A stretch of 64,000 nt of DNA from the human T2T-CHM13v2.0 reference genome, Homo sapiens, in the NCBI RefSeq assembly GCF_009914755.1, contig NC_060937.1. One strand, 5' to 3'. The notes below the pieces were generated by a model. It did no database searches and had not been told where the DNA came from. It was given only the letters and a program-made list of their open reading frames with translations. Positions 1-14,913 of this stretch are shown here, piece after piece. Within the stretch, counting starts at the first letter, position 1, and the number at the start of each line of letters is the position of its first letter. The translations under genes and the position numbers were made by a program.

Positions 1-869
1 ACCATGTTTAGGTGTTAAAAGATAATTCAGTTTGGATGGTCTTGCTAGAAAATATTAAAGATTGTCTCTAAAATAATGACATCTCAGATATCTTTTTTTT
101 AATTTTTGACCTTAAGTATTTTTAAAATGTCAATATCATTTTGTCCTCTTCTACTGATAGTGTGAAATTATGTCACTAGGTATCAGCTATGGCCTTTAGC
201 TATGTTAAGAACATAACCCCATATACTGCAGTGCATTTTCTTTCAAGTTGTAAGTCTACCTTTACAAAACCACCTTGAATATCTTCTACTTAGTGAAATA
301 CATGAGCCTTGAGCTCTAAATTCTCCAAATCCTCTCGTGATGTTAGGTGGTCACCTAACATGGATGTGTTTTGGCTTCCACATGCTGCAAGAACATGTGG
401 ATAATCAAGTTCACGTAGGAACTATAAAGAAAAGATACTAAACAATTGTATTGCAGTGTGAAAATGTAAACTATAGAAATATGACAAAACAAATGAATTA
501 CTAAGTTTTTTGATTTTGTTCTGGCTTGCTTTCTTATCAGTGCATTGCTACAGCCTCAAATAGACATGACAATATTTCTGTGGTAGCAAACACTTAAGTA
601 AATGCAACTTAACAGTTATTTTCCTCACAGAGGCTTAGACCAATATGAGAGGGCAGCAAATGAGAGGTTGCTATAATGTAAATAAAAGTAAATATTTTGT
701 TGTATAACCAGGAGGAAACATACTGTAAGTAGCTTCCCATGCCTATCCTTGCCATAAAGAAGAAAGCAAATAAAGACAGATGTACTTGTTTGTTTATTTA
801 TAAAACAATGCTCTTTTGTATACAAAGAATAGGTTTTGGATTCATACCAACATAAGTTTAGAGAGCTTC

Positions 870-1030
870 TTAGTCACTCTTTGGTTTTACAAAATTGAGT
901 AAGTTAAGCGGTCTGAGACTTGGCTTCATCATCTATTAAGTGGAGATTCAGATACTCCACTCAGATAATTGTGAGAATTCAAAATAAGAAAAGTATCTAA
1001 TGCAGTTATTTGCATGTGGTTGGTATCCTC
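870..1030 (+). mobile_element. MIR SINE fragment (highly diverged)
   Basis: Resembles the MIR core (…cttcatcatctattaagtggg…ataattgtgagaattcaaat…); recalled consensus, approximate ends. Confidence 0.5.
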
Positions 1031-1357
1031 TAAATGGTCGTTTTCATTATCATTGTTTGTGCAAACACTTGATTAAAAAATGCCACGATGGAACCTATAT
1101 TAGAGCTATGAGTATTCGATAATGCATATACAAATATTAAAAAGTGCTTAATAAATATATGTAGTAATCAGAGTTTTATACATTTTCTTATATCAAGTAA
1201 TGAACTTTAATTTCAACATTATATTAATTTTGCTCAGCTTTCTATTATCCATCACCTTCCAAAAGACAGTGATTATCAATGCTTGTAACATCTTGCCTAC
1301 GCTTTTTGACTCTACCTTTGGGTGCCAAGAAAATACTGCAACAATTCCTTTAACTTC

Positions 1358-1662
<305 letters not shown>

Positions 1663-2329
1663 CCTTTAACTTCTTAAACATAAATTTGGTTAATATCAGA
1701 ACCAGACTAGGAAGTTCTAACTTTAATATTTTTAACTAGTGGTTTAAAACCTGTCATGTTAGCCCTCAATCACTTTCTTTCCAATAGTTGAAGTCCTAAT
1801 AAACTGATGCCATTTGTAGAATAATTCAATGATTTTTCTCTTCTGTGACAATTGAACTTCTCCATGTTCTCAAGTTCACAAATGTTGCTCTCAAGAGCAA
1901 CTAGAAGCCTAAAGAGGCTTGTAAATACTTATGGCAAATTTCAGTGACATTGGAGACAACTTCAAAAACAAGCAGGTTTTTTAGCTCAAGCCTCCTTCTG
2001 GACAAAATTGCCTTCTAATAAAGTTTCGCTCTGTAATCTGTTCATTCCCTCATGCAAACTGTACCATTCCCAGGATTCTTCACTCATACTTTAACTTGAC
2101 TCACCACTGAAGTTTTGTAAATATTCATTTAAGATATAATACAATGTGTTTTTGTTATATTTGGACCACGTGGAAGACAAACTAGATTGGAGAAGCTGTT
2201 AGACACTTTAAAAATTACATGTTATTTTACTTAAAAAATAACTGGTTATATTTATAGATAACAAAGATTTCCAAATGAATTTTACATTTTTGTTTTAACT
2301 TTTTTAACTGGTGTTCTATTTATTTACCA

Positions 2330-3364
<1,035 letters not shown>

Positions 3365-3654
3365 TTAAAGAAATTGTATTAGAATTATGAGATCGTAATT
3401 GTGGTCAAGATGTAGATAGCTTTTGTTCTTCTAGTTGGTTTTTGTTGAACATTACCAGAAAATCAGTATTCAGTGGCGATGGCACAGAGACAAACGCTTT
3501 CTATACTCGAAATTTAGAAATTGTTTGAATCAAGATATAGAGAAATATTTTCCTTTTGTGAAACCTATATATATATTTAATCCTATAAAGTCTATGCTTT
3601 TATCCAAAAGGTACAGTTCTTACTCTGTCTTGGGAGAGAGATACCGTCTTTTTA

Positions 3655-3855
3655 AATTTCCTCCCAGCTTTATGAGGTATAATTGACATATACAAATTGT
3701 GTTTATTTGAAGTAAGCAAGGTAATGCTTTGATATACAATGTAAATGATTAATACAATCAAGCTGAATAACATATCCATCACCTCACATTTACCACTTCT
3801 TTTGTAATGAGAGTACTTAGGATCTATTCTCTTAGAAAATTTCATGTATACAACT
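3655..3855 (-). mobile_element. old L1MA/L1MB 3' end fragment
   Basis: cagctttatgaggtataattgacata…acatatccatcacctcaca…, typical reverse of an L1M 3'UTR terminus. Confidence 0.7.
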
Positions 3856-3895
3856 TTAAATTAATCTTTAGTATGTTCAGCACAAATATCTGTTT

Positions 3896-3965
3896 TCTTC
3901 TTTCTCTCTTTGTCTCTCTCTCTTTCTGTGTCTCTGTGTCTCTCTCTGCCTCCTCTCTCATTCCC
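3896..3965 (+). repeat. degenerate (CT)n microsatellite
   Basis: seen directly. Confidence 0.8.
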
Positions 3966-6189
3966 TCTTTCTCGGACATGGAGTCCTTGGTGTAATGTTT
4001 TGCTGCTGCATTTATTCAGTGTATTTTCTAAACACTCTCTTCTTTTGCTTTTTCCTTGAAAAGAAATATATTTCTTACAGCTGAGTTCTAAAGCATGCAA
4101 AAACATCATAAATACAAGGCATTCTTTGCCCTTGAAAAAGTGGAAGGGCTTATGAAGATGTGTCTGGAATAAAAACTTATCTTGAAAATTCTAAATGCTC
4201 TTTACAACAAATCTCGTAGAGTAATGCATTGCATTATATTGTACTTCCCCAGGAGAAGTAAAATTTATAAAAGTGGCTGCAGCCAGTTCTCTAGAGGATG
4301 GCTTCTGGTTCCTGGGAAACTTTACCTGTAAGATCTGATAATGTAAGAAATGTAAAATACAAGAATGATTTCCACATACTGTTCTTCTTTACAAATTTTA
4401 GTTCTGTAGGATGAAAGGAAAAATGCTTAGTATCTGCTTTAAATTAAGATTCAGGGCCATCTAGTGTAGCATTCATGATTCATGAGATATTTAGCTTCTG
4501 CTATTGATGATACGTGCTCCATTATGAATGACAAAAGAAAAAAGTTAGCATGCATTATCACCCTTATGTCCAAGGAGTTTGTAATTTAGCTACATGTTTT
4601 AAAAGGTGAAAGATAAGGAAAGTGTTAACAAAAATTATTAACATCATACTTTTTAAAAGGCTTAATCAATAGCTGTATAAGCACATATCTATCACCCTTA
4701 ACCTGAAACTGAGTCAGGACTGGTTGTATGCCAATTCCTCTCCAAAGCATCCTCTACACCAAAACACAGTGACTTTTAGAAAGATCCATGACTCTATTAT
4801 CTACTCTCCTAATGCCTATTCTTTACAGGTTTTAGTTCCTCCAATCCCTCATCTCCACCCCTTAATTTTATTGGATTTTACTAACGTACAAATAGATTTT
4901 TCAGGGCTATGTGGAGGATTTGGAACAAGGACTAATTAAACAGAAAAAAGGACCTTTATAACAGCTTTCATCTCCCCTGAATGAGAGGATTAATTTCAAC
5001 AAATTACAGTTGTCTTAAATATAATCCACATAGGATTGTTCTACAAGAGTCTTTAATGATGGAACATATTCTTTAGTAAATTTGTACTTCTTGTTATTTA
5101 GATGTATTTAAAAATTGTTAAAAAGACTCCTCATGATTCATTATGCATACATTCTAACCTCACTATAATTCAGAAAGAAATAATAGCATGTGCTCTAGCC
5201 CACAGGTCAAGAATTGGTGTCCATAAAGCAATAATAACTGTCTAGATTTTACTCTTTCTTCTCTGAAACATAATACTTTTTGACCTGTGTTAATTCTCCA
5301 TTATGAATGTGAATGTCCAATTAATTCATCCCTGCTCTGCCCCATTGAAGCATCCCATTTATGCCTCTCATGCTTCCTTCAATTCTAAGTCAAGTCTTTC
5401 ACCATTAAGCTTTTTAAAAATGAACTCAGCCTTCCGTTTTTGGTGCATTTTGGAACAATTTGTATGTGTAACTCTGAACTAGAACCAAATATATTCTACA
5501 TTTTGCTGCTGTTATTGTATTGTAAATATTAATATTATAAATAAACACATGTTGGATATTAAGGAGAATTTCCTATTATCAGTACATGAAGTAACTATTG
5601 AGGCCCCATATGCTATAAGCGGTTTGTAAAAACCTCATCAGCAGAACTATTCAAGAAGAAGGAATAAAGAGAACAGCAAACATGATTTAAGTTTTAAGGT
5701 TTAATTTATGTTCAAAGGTATAAGAAATTAAATATGGGAAAAATAGATGCAAGTAACTCCAAATATTTGAGCAGTATTTATAATAAAGAAGAAGAGTAAT
5801 GATTCTATGTTCTGTTATAAATTTGGGGAAAATGAAAATATTATTAAAATTTTCTATTGTTTACTCATAAAACAACATTTATTAAGCATATACAGGCATT
5901 GGATTGAATACATTTAATTCTATAGAAAGGATTCATACGATTAAAAATATCTTATTGTGAAAATTGACACATGAGCAAGCAATAATCTCCTTGAACTAGG
6001 CACCTTAACCTAATTTTAAAAAGAAGATAATTTGAATACAATATAGTACCACCACTAAGGAGTTATTAATGCTTTCCTCTAATGAAGAAGGCAAAAAAGA
6101 AAATTATATAGATGAACAATGAAAAAAATGTAGAACACAAAAGGGGACTGGGGAACAAGCAAAATGAAAGAATAGAATCATTAAGGTCA

Positions 6190-6803
6190 ATATATTTTAT
6201 TCAGTAAATATTTATTAACCATATTTCATGTGCCATGCACTATTGTAAACAGTAGACATATATTATGGATTATAAGAAAAAAGATCTTTCATGTAGTCTA
6301 CATTCCAATTCCAGTAAAAAGACAGACAATAAACAAATACAGTACATAGAATGTTAAATAGTGGTACATGTTGAGAAAATAACTGAAACAGGAGAAGGGG
6401 ATAGGAAGTGTGGGAGAATTAGCTGTAGTTTAAACTTGTGTCCAGGAACAGTCTAACAGATTAAGTGTCATTTGAAATTGAGAAGACCTGAAGGAGGCAG
6501 GGGAGTAAGTCATGAAGATATCTAGGATAAGAAAAGAGGAAATAGGAAATGCAAAGATCCCGAAGACAGGGGGTCATTGGCCTGTTTTGGAAACAGCGAG
6601 AAAGTCAGTGTAGCTTGAAATTATACTAAGGGAAGAGTCATAAGATAATATATGAGAAAAAATAATGGTTTTTTATCTACTTACCTGACACAATGAGATT
6701 TGATTTATTATAATGAGGAAGATTATAAGATGGAGAGGATTATTGAGAATATTAGCAATTGAGTTTGGACATGTTAGGTTTCTGCCACCTGTTCAACATG
6801 CAG
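6190..6803 (-). mobile_element. L2 LINE fragments
   Basis: attcagtaaatatttattaa…tgtgccatgcactattg (L2 3' end); gaagacctgaagg and gagtttggacatgtt L2 motifs. Confidence 0.7.
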
Positions 6804-7214
6804 TTCTTTTTGGGGGGTGAGGGGACAGACAACTTTAGAAGCAAAAAAGACTCTGAAATTTGCAGTGAGATTGCAATGAGAAAGCAGGAAAAGCACATGG
6901 CCTGTGGGCCCTGACCTGGGCCCCCTGCTGTGGGGCTCTTGGATTATGTGTAGGTGTTGTGGAGGCCCAGTGCACAGATGCAACAGAGTTGAGGTCACTG
7001 GTCTGTCCTCAGCTCATCCTTCCAACAGTGGGTTCCGAGTACCCAGCATTGTAATAAGACTGGCTAGGAATCCCTGGCAGTGATTAAGAGGACCTGGTCA
7101 CTCCAGTACATAGTGACTTGCTTAATCCTAATATTTGGTAAGGGGGATAAGCTTTGGAGTTATGAAATCACTTTTACATTCAGGCTTGGATATTAAATTT
7201 GTTTTTTGTTTTTT

Positions 7215-7602
7215 ATTCATTCCCCCAAGCATTTATCTTTTGTCTTATGAACAATCAAATTACACACTTTTAGTTATTTTAAAATGTACGATTATTATTG
7301 ATTAGTCACCCTGTTGTGCAATTAAATCGCATATATTATTCATTCTAATTTTTTATACCCATTAACTTCCCCACCTTCCCCCCAACTTCCATCTAAAATT
7401 CCCAGCATCTGATAACTATGCTTCAACTTACTAAGTCTATGAGTTCATTTATTTTGATTTTAGATGCCACAAATAAGTGAGAACATGCAAATGTTTGTCA
7501 TTCTGTACCTGGCTTATTTCATTTAACATAATTATCTCCTGTTCCATCTATGTTGTTTCAAATGACAGGATCTCATTACTTTTTAAGGCTGAATAGTACT
7601 CC

Positions 7603-7647
<45 letters not shown>

Positions 7648-8456
7648 CACACATATATATACACATATATATACATATATGTGTGTGTGTGTTAATATAT
7701 ATACACATATATATTATATATGTGTATATATATTAACACACACACACATATATATATAACATTTTCTTTATCCTTTTATCTGTTGATGGACACTTAGATT
7801 GCTTCCAAATCTTAGCTATTGTAAACAGTGCTGCAACAAACATAGGAGTACAGATCTCTTTGATATACTGCTTTCCTTTCTTTTGGGATATGTACCCAGC
7901 AGTAGGTTTGCTGGATCATATGGTAGTTCTATTTTTAGTTTTTTTGAGGAACCTCCAAACTATTCTCCATAGCTGTTGTACTAATTTACATTCCCACCAA
8001 CAGTGTACAAGGGTTCCCTTTTCTCCACATCCTTGCCAGCATTTGCTATGACTTGTCCTTTGGATATAAGCCATTATAAGTGGGGAGAGATGATATCTCA
8101 TTGTAGTTTTGATTTGCATTTTTCTGATCATCAGTGCTATTGAGCACCTTTTCACGTGCCTGTTTGCTATTTGTATGTCTTCCGTTGAGTAATGCCTATT
8201 CAAATCTTCTGGCCTTTTTTTTTATTGGATTATTAATTGTTTTCCTGTAGAGTTGTTTGGCCTCCTTATATATTCTGGTTATTAATCACTTGCCAGCAAA
8301 TAGTTTGCAAATATTTTCTCCCATTCTGTGGGTTGTCTCTTCACTTTGTTGATTTTATCCTTTTCTGTGCAGAAGCTTTGTAACTTGATGTGATCCCGTT
8401 TGTTCATTTTTGCTTTGGTTGTCTGTGCTTGTGGGGTATTGCTCAAGAAATTTTTG
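7215..8456 (-). mobile_element. L1MA (L1MA2/3-like) 3' region
   Basis: ORF2 C-terminal remnants ([11 protein letters not shown]…[22 protein letters not shown]) plus L1MA-type 3'UTR. Confidence 0.85.
7604..7758 (+). repeat. compound (TG)n/(TA)n/(CA)n microsatellite inside L1MA
   Basis: seen directly. Confidence 0.95.
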
Positions 8457-8589
8457 AGCAATATATATATAAAGACAAGGATACATATGACATCAAGTAG
8501 TAAAACCAATAGTTTATGGAAAATGAGCCTAAAATGCATAATTGTAATATACTTTGTATTATTAAAGAATAACACACTCACAAAAAGTG

Positions 8590-8960
8590 TACAAAGTAAA
8601 TAGACTCATGTAATCACTATCTGGATCAAGTTAACACAAAGGTAGTATCTATCTTGTCATCTAACACTCTAGATTAGTTTTGCTAGGTTCTAAACTTCAT
8701 AAAACTAAACATGACTTATGACATGTGTTACTTCTCCAATATGTACAAATAAAGTAAATCTTGGTGTTTGCATATAGCTGTGTTTTGCCCAGCATTTTAT
8801 TGTGTGAATAGATCAAACTTGTGTATTGTGTGAATACATCAAATTTAATGGCCACTGGGCTTGTTCCAGTTTGGAACTATTGTAAATAATGCTGCTATGG
8901 GTATTCTTCTATGTGTCTTTTTGGCCATGTAGGTATGCATTTCTAAGAGGTATGCTCCTG
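8590..8960 (-). mobile_element. ancient L1M (L1ME-like) fragment
   Basis: ttccagtttggaactattgtaaataatgctgctatg and similar L1M motifs. Confidence 0.55.
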
Positions 8961-9410
8961 TTCCCAAGTTGTAGCTATTCATATGCTATCAGTTGGTTAG
9001 CCTATTATGTTTAGTAAAATTCTTTCTTGGTGAGACTAAAACTCTTAATTATTTATGTATCTTCTACTCCAGCTTTATTTTCCAAAAGTTCTGTTTATTT
9101 TTTTGAACTTTTGGCTGCAGCTTTTAGAAATTTCACTTTACTTTGAGGGTAAAGTCAAATTAATGAGTCACTCCACCGGGCTTTCCTTTTTTTGAAGATT
9201 GAATCCACAATTTCTCTCTGCCTTAGTATCTTTTGACATCATCACTTAGAATAATTTAAATATATTTTCTCTAGCTTTTATAGTTCTCAGTGGAGAGGTT
9301 GGTTGGTGTAACTAACACTCTTCTTTCTGCATTTGTAAGTTAAAAAAAAACTCTTTAGTTTTTGTATAATGTTTTTAAATTATATAAAATATTTACATTT
9401 GTAACAGCTG

Positions 9411-9622
9411 AATTGTTATAAATATTATATAACATGTATTATATAATTTATTTAATTTATATTATATAATATAAATATTATATGAATAAACATATAATAT
9501 AAATATAAGATTTATATTATATAATATAAACATATATAAATATAAGATTTATATTATATAATATAAACATATAATATAAATATAAGATTTATATTATATA
9601 ATATAAATTACATAATATAACA
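9411..9622. repeat. AT-only minisatellite with ~40-bp units (ataaatataagatttatattatataatataaacat)
   Basis: Three near-identical units at about 9497-9610. Confidence 0.85.
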
Positions 9623-9849
9623 TCTGAATTATGTTATAATTCAGATTTTATAGCCCATCTGAATTGGGCTATAACAATTTTATTTTTTTAAATCATGACC
9701 TCCACTGACTATTGCACTCGAGAGGTGAGTGCTCAAGGAGCAGAAAATATAAACACCATTCATCACTGAGAGGACCTTGAGCACAATTTCTTTGTTATTT
9801 TCTGCATGTTTGACCTATTTTCTACATTTAATCTTTTGTCTTTCAAATA

Positions 9850-9934
9850 TTGGTGTCATCAAGAAATCCATTCTTAGCTCTTTCAATCCCACTGATAGAT
9901 ACTCCTTGGGTACTTTCATTTACTCTCGTGAATT

Positions 9935-9980
<46 letters not shown>

Positions 9981-10140
9981 TCATCCATCCATCTGTCTGC
10001 TTTGACACCTCAAATTTCAATTTCCAACCCAGATTATTTTGCTGACTCTCATCTTTGTTACCAATCTGCATGTTCCAAGCAAGTCAAACTCAGTATGTCC
10101 AAAACAGAATTAATATATTCTCCAAAAACTTTTTAATGCA
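9850..10140 (+). mobile_element. L2 fragment with embedded (TC)n at 9938-9974
   Basis: tcaaactcagtatgtccaaaacagaatt L2 motif. Confidence 0.6.
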
Positions 10141-11132
10141 CTCTTAATATTTAGCAACATGAAAAGCATATTTAATCCTCTCAACCTAGCAAGAATTCTT
10201 TGCCATTGTTGTCTTCAGGTCAGTTACACTCCTTGAGTATTAGTAAATCATCCTTCTTCTTACCATGTCTACTTTTTTTTTAATCATGTGACTTATTAAC
10301 ATTCAACAAAATGACTTATTTTAAATTGAGATATACTCAAATACAGACTTAGAAAGTGAATGGAGAGACCCCTGTCCAATTTCAATTTGTCGTCTCTTTT
10401 GTTGTTATTTCTTTGTAATATTTCAATATTAAAAGGGTAACATCTCAAAATGTTATGCTAGGCCTTACATGACATTGCTTCTGCTTTTATTTGCTGCTTC
10501 ATCTCCTTTAATTCTAGCTGCTAAGTTATATTCTAAACATCAGTTCTATTGAGTATCTCCAGATACCAAAATTGGCCATGGTCTTTCTCTTATTTGAGTC
10601 TGTCTTTGTTCCTGCTCCCTCATCCTGCATAGTGAATCTCTAATCTGTCTTCCCAGACCTAATTCTATGCCAGGTTCTCTTTCACCTGTGTTACATGCCT
10701 CCCTGCTCCTTATTTATTTGTTTGTTTGTTTTCATTTAATGGCTGTTAAACCTATCAGAAGATCTGTGCTTTGTGCTGAAAATATGAATTAAGCTCTATA
10801 ATTTCCTATTTCTGCTCTTACACCCTTTTCGTCTTGTAAATAATATTGTTACAACATTTAATGGGATAAATACAATGATCACTGTACAAATATGATTTAA
10901 CAAATGGATGAAAAGATGTCTCTGAACCCACCATGAAAGATTTAGATAATAAATCCTGTAGAACTGCATTGTTGCCTCTGCTGAAGCTAAATGGATGAGT
11001 TGAAATAAGCCAAAAGATGAATATGTAGAAAAGCACTCCTGGCAAATAAAACATCAGGATTAAAGCCAGGGGTCAAGAAGATATTTGGTGTTTAACTATA
11101 AGCTATTTGGTTTTACTACAGGACAGAGTCTC

Positions 11133-11913
11133 TGTGCGGTATTATAATATACACTGGCTTTGTGCACAGTTCCTAGTTCATAACTCCAATAGCCCATCTT
11201 ACAGTCTTTACTTAGAATGAGGGATCTTTTAGGCTTCAGGGACAGGCCTCAGGAAACAGAATCTCTCCTGCAGTCCATTCACCTGCCCTAAGGCAGGACT
11301 CTAATCTTTCCCCATCTTTCTGATTGTGGGTTCTAAGACTCTCCCCAGAAAAAGTCCTCCCTATACCCTGGAGGAAGGAATGCTGATGTCTTGAAGCTTC
11401 CATAAAAACCCAAGAAGATTGGGTTCAGAGAGCGTCCAGATGGCTGAACAGTGCAGGTTACTGGAGAGCGACTTCACTAGGGAGGGCTTGGAAGCTTTGC
11501 ACCTCTTCCCCCATACCTTGCCCTAAGCACCTTTTCAGCTGTATCCTTTGTAATATCCTTTATAATAAACTTGCAAACATGTCTTCCTGAGTTTTGTGAG
11601 CTGGTCAAGCAAATTAATTAAGCCCGAGGGGGCCATGGAAACTCCAACTGGAAACCAGTTGGTCAGAAGTTCCGGAGGCCTGGACTTGTCGCTGGTGTCT
11701 GAAGTGGAGCAGTGTCTGAAGTGGGAGCTCCAGCACTTTCTCCAGAATGGTGGTGTCAGAGATGGATGGGAGGACATCCAGCTGATGCCTGCTGCTTGGC
11801 ATGTGAGGAAAAATCCACACATGTTCGGTCATAGAAGTCTTCTGTGTTGATTGTTGTTGTGGTGTGAGAGCAAAGGGAAGACACAATTTGCATAGAGTTT
11901 TTCTCCTAAAACA
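11133..11913 (+). mobile_element. MER21-family solo LTR (MER21A-like)
   Basis: TG…CA ends; cttccataaaaaccca, aataaac polyA signal, agttggtcagaagttccggaggcctggactt typical of MER21; interrupts L2. Confidence 0.8.
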
Positions 11914-11914
11914 C

Positions 11915-12875
11915 TGTGTGATTGGAAATGGCAAAATATGAGGCTGAAGAGTAAAGAGACATTCATATAATTGTTAACTTTATAGTTAGGAATGTGGATT
12001 CTATAGTGTTAAATGTACAGAGAAAAAGGCTTTTATGCAAAAAAAAGGTTTTATCACGTATATCGTCAAGTTTGCATTTTAAATAGACAAGAGCACAGAA
12101 GATAAATATGAAGAAACAAGAATATGTTTATATTGAAGAGTTTTAGTGGTCAAGATGGATATTAATGTTTCTGTCGGGAGTGACTTGAAATGTGTAGAAA
12201 CATTCAGTGAATAACAAGGCATAGCTTGATGATTTTTTAAAAAAGGATATTGTAGCTTAGAGATGGTTTTTGATTTCCAGCTTCAATGATCAGATTAAAA
12301 ACTTGATGCCACTGAGATAAATAATAGGGAAATGGGCTAAGATTAAGAAGGAAATATGAATTTGGAATATGTTGAGCTAGATAGAGATCGCTATTAGCAA
12401 TACATGTAGATATTTAACTGAAGTCGTACTTAAAAATAAAATCTGAAAGAGAAGTCTGGTCAGAGGCAAAGATTTTGAATTTTTTATTATTTATGTGGAA
12501 CTTGCATCCATTTGAGTAGGCAAATTCACATAGTTATGGTATACAGAATTATTAAGAACTGTGAACTCAGGATGAAACTCAGAATACCAAAATATGAGGA
12601 AAAGGCAGAGAAAAGGTGTCCTATGAAGGAGACTGAGAATTTTCATACGCATGAAAAGAGAGCTAGACAGGTACAATAACAGGAAGGTAACAAAGGAAAA
12701 AGTGTCTGAAAGAAGGGAACCATTAACTATGGTGGAACACTGCAAAATGTCCATGAAGATAAAGGTCAAAACATGGCTATTGACTTTGGCAATTACTATG
12801 TTATTAGTGATTTTATTATTACCACTTTAAGAACAATGTAGGGGAAAAACGTTGTGTCATTGATTAAAGAGGTTA
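11915..12875 (-). mobile_element. L2 fragments
   Basis: tttggaatatgttgag, gagaagtctggtcagag and ctattgactttggcaa L2 motifs. Confidence 0.55.
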
Positions 12876-12878
12876 TTT

Positions 12879-13024
12879 AACATAGAACAACCATAAGATC
12901 CAGCAATCCTATTACTGGGTATATAATCAAGGCATATGAAATCAATATTTCAAGGAGATATCTTCTCTATCATGTTCATTGCAGTATTATTCACAATAGC
13001 CAGGACAGTCAACCTGAAAGTCCA
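12879..13024 (+). repeat. local duplicate of L1MA segment 14211-14363
   Basis: About 93% identical to 14211-14363, sharing locus-specific variants. Confidence 0.9.
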
Positions 13025-13394
13025 AAGTGAGAGATAACAAAGTGTAAAGCGAAGTTAAGCTAGCTCCTTCAAGACACTTAAATTAGGTTCTATAGAAAGA
13101 GAATAGACCACATAGATTGATGTACGATCAAGAAAGGGACTTTTGAGAGGGAAGCCCTTGGAACATATTCATGGACTGAATAGGACATTTTGCTTATATC
13201 TTTGTCTGACTCTCCCTCACTGAAATATAAACTCTTTGAAGTAATATATCTTATTTAATTTTTATATCATGTGTGCCTACCAAAATGCCTATTAGACAGT
13301 AAGGATTCAGTAAAGGTGTACCTAATAGAACTGTATTAATCATCAATGTCTATTAAGAAATATAAGTGACATTTTAAAGAGTAAATTATTACAG

Positions 13395-13871
13395 AAATAA
13401 GTCCATGCACTTACAGCCAACTGATCTTCAACAAAGGTGCCAAAAACACACATTGGGAATAAAAAAGAGTCTCTTTAATAAATGACTATGGGAAACTCAG
13501 TATCCACACACAGAAGAATGAAACTAGACCTTGATCTCTCTCCAGTTGCAAAAATCAACTCAAAATGACTCAAAATGGATTAGGCTTAAATGTGAAACTT
13601 GAAACTATAAAACCACTATAAGAAAATGTAGGGGAATCTCTTCATGGCATTGGTCTGGGCAAGGAATTTTTGGATAAAACATCAAAAGCATAGGCAACAA
13701 AAACAAACAAATGGGACTACATCAAACTAAAAATCTTCCGCATAGCAAAGGAAGCAATCAACATAGCAAAGAGACAAACTACAGAATGGGAGAAAATATT
13801 GACAAACTGTGCATCTGACAAGATGTTAATGTCCAGAATATATAAGAAACTCAAACAACCCAGTAGCAATT

Positions 13872-13916
<45 letters not shown>

Positions 13917-14913
13917 TGTCTTAGAAATGGACCAAAGATCTGAATAGACGTATCTCAAAAAAAGACATACAACCAGCCAACAAGTATATGAGAAAATGTT
14001 GTATTATCTCTAATCACAAGGAAAATGCAAATCAAAACCACAATGAACTACTGTCTCACCCCAGTTAGAATGGCTATTTTCAAACTGACAAGAAATAACA
14101 AATGCAATGCTGGTGAGAATGTGAAGAAAGAGAAAACCATACACTGTTGGGAGGGATGTAAATTAGTACAACCATTATGGAAAATATTATGGAAGTTTCT
14201 AAAACACTTAAACCTAGAACAACCATAAGATCCAGCAATCCTGTTAGTGGGTATATAATGAAGGCATATGAAATCAATATTCAATATTTCAAGGAGATAT
14301 CTTCTCTACTGTGTTCATTGCAGTATTATTCACAATAGCCAGGATAGTCAACCTGAATGTCCATCAACAGATGAATGTATAAAGATAATGTGGTATAAGT
14401 ACACATTGAAATGCCACTCAGCATTTAAAAAAAGGATGAAATCCTGTTATTTGTGGCAACATGGATGAGCTTGGATGACTTTATGTTAAGCGAAATAAGC
14501 CAGGGACAGAAAGATAAATACTGCATGATCTCATTCATATGTGGAATCTAAAAAGGTTGATCTCCTAGAAATAGAGAATAGTACAGTGGTTACCATGTGC
14601 TGGTGAGGAAATGGGGGAGAGGAGGAATGTAGAAAGGTTTGTCATTGAGTACCAAGTCACACTTGGGAGGAATAAGTTATAGTGTTTCATTGTGCAGTAG
14701 GGTGACCACAGTTAATAATGATATTTTGGATATTTCAAAATAGAAGAGAAATTTTTGAATATTCTTATTATAAAGAAAGGATAAATATTTGAGGTGATAG
14801 ATATGCAAATTACCCTAATTTGAACATTATATATCATATGCATGTATTGAAATTTCACACTCTGCCCTATATGTATGTACAATTATGTACCAATTCAAAA
14901 AGGAGAAAATTGT
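13395..14913 (+). mobile_element. L1MA (MA7-9-like) 3' 1.5 kb with degenerate TSD
   Basis: ORF2 3' remnants (MQIKTTMNYCLTPVRMA…), L1MA 3'UTR; flanks aaagagtaaattattacag (13376-13394) and aaaaagtaaattatcacag (14914-14932). Confidence 0.85.
13872..13916 (+). repeat. (ATC)15 perfect trinucleotide microsatellite
   Basis: counted directly. Confidence 0.95.

Noticed and set aside
6930-6990. Minus-strand GLHNTYT resembling the IgG CH3 end (ALHNHYT)
   Set aside because: Too short, flanked by stops, and no further Ig motifs.
9480-9620. Repeated ~40-bp units resembling a CRISPR-like array
   Set aside because: No unique spacers; an AT-only minisatellite in mammalian DNA.
11535-11934. Three overlapping 84-106 aa ORFs
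   Set aside because: All lie within the MER21 LTR; chance ORFs in GC-richer sequence.
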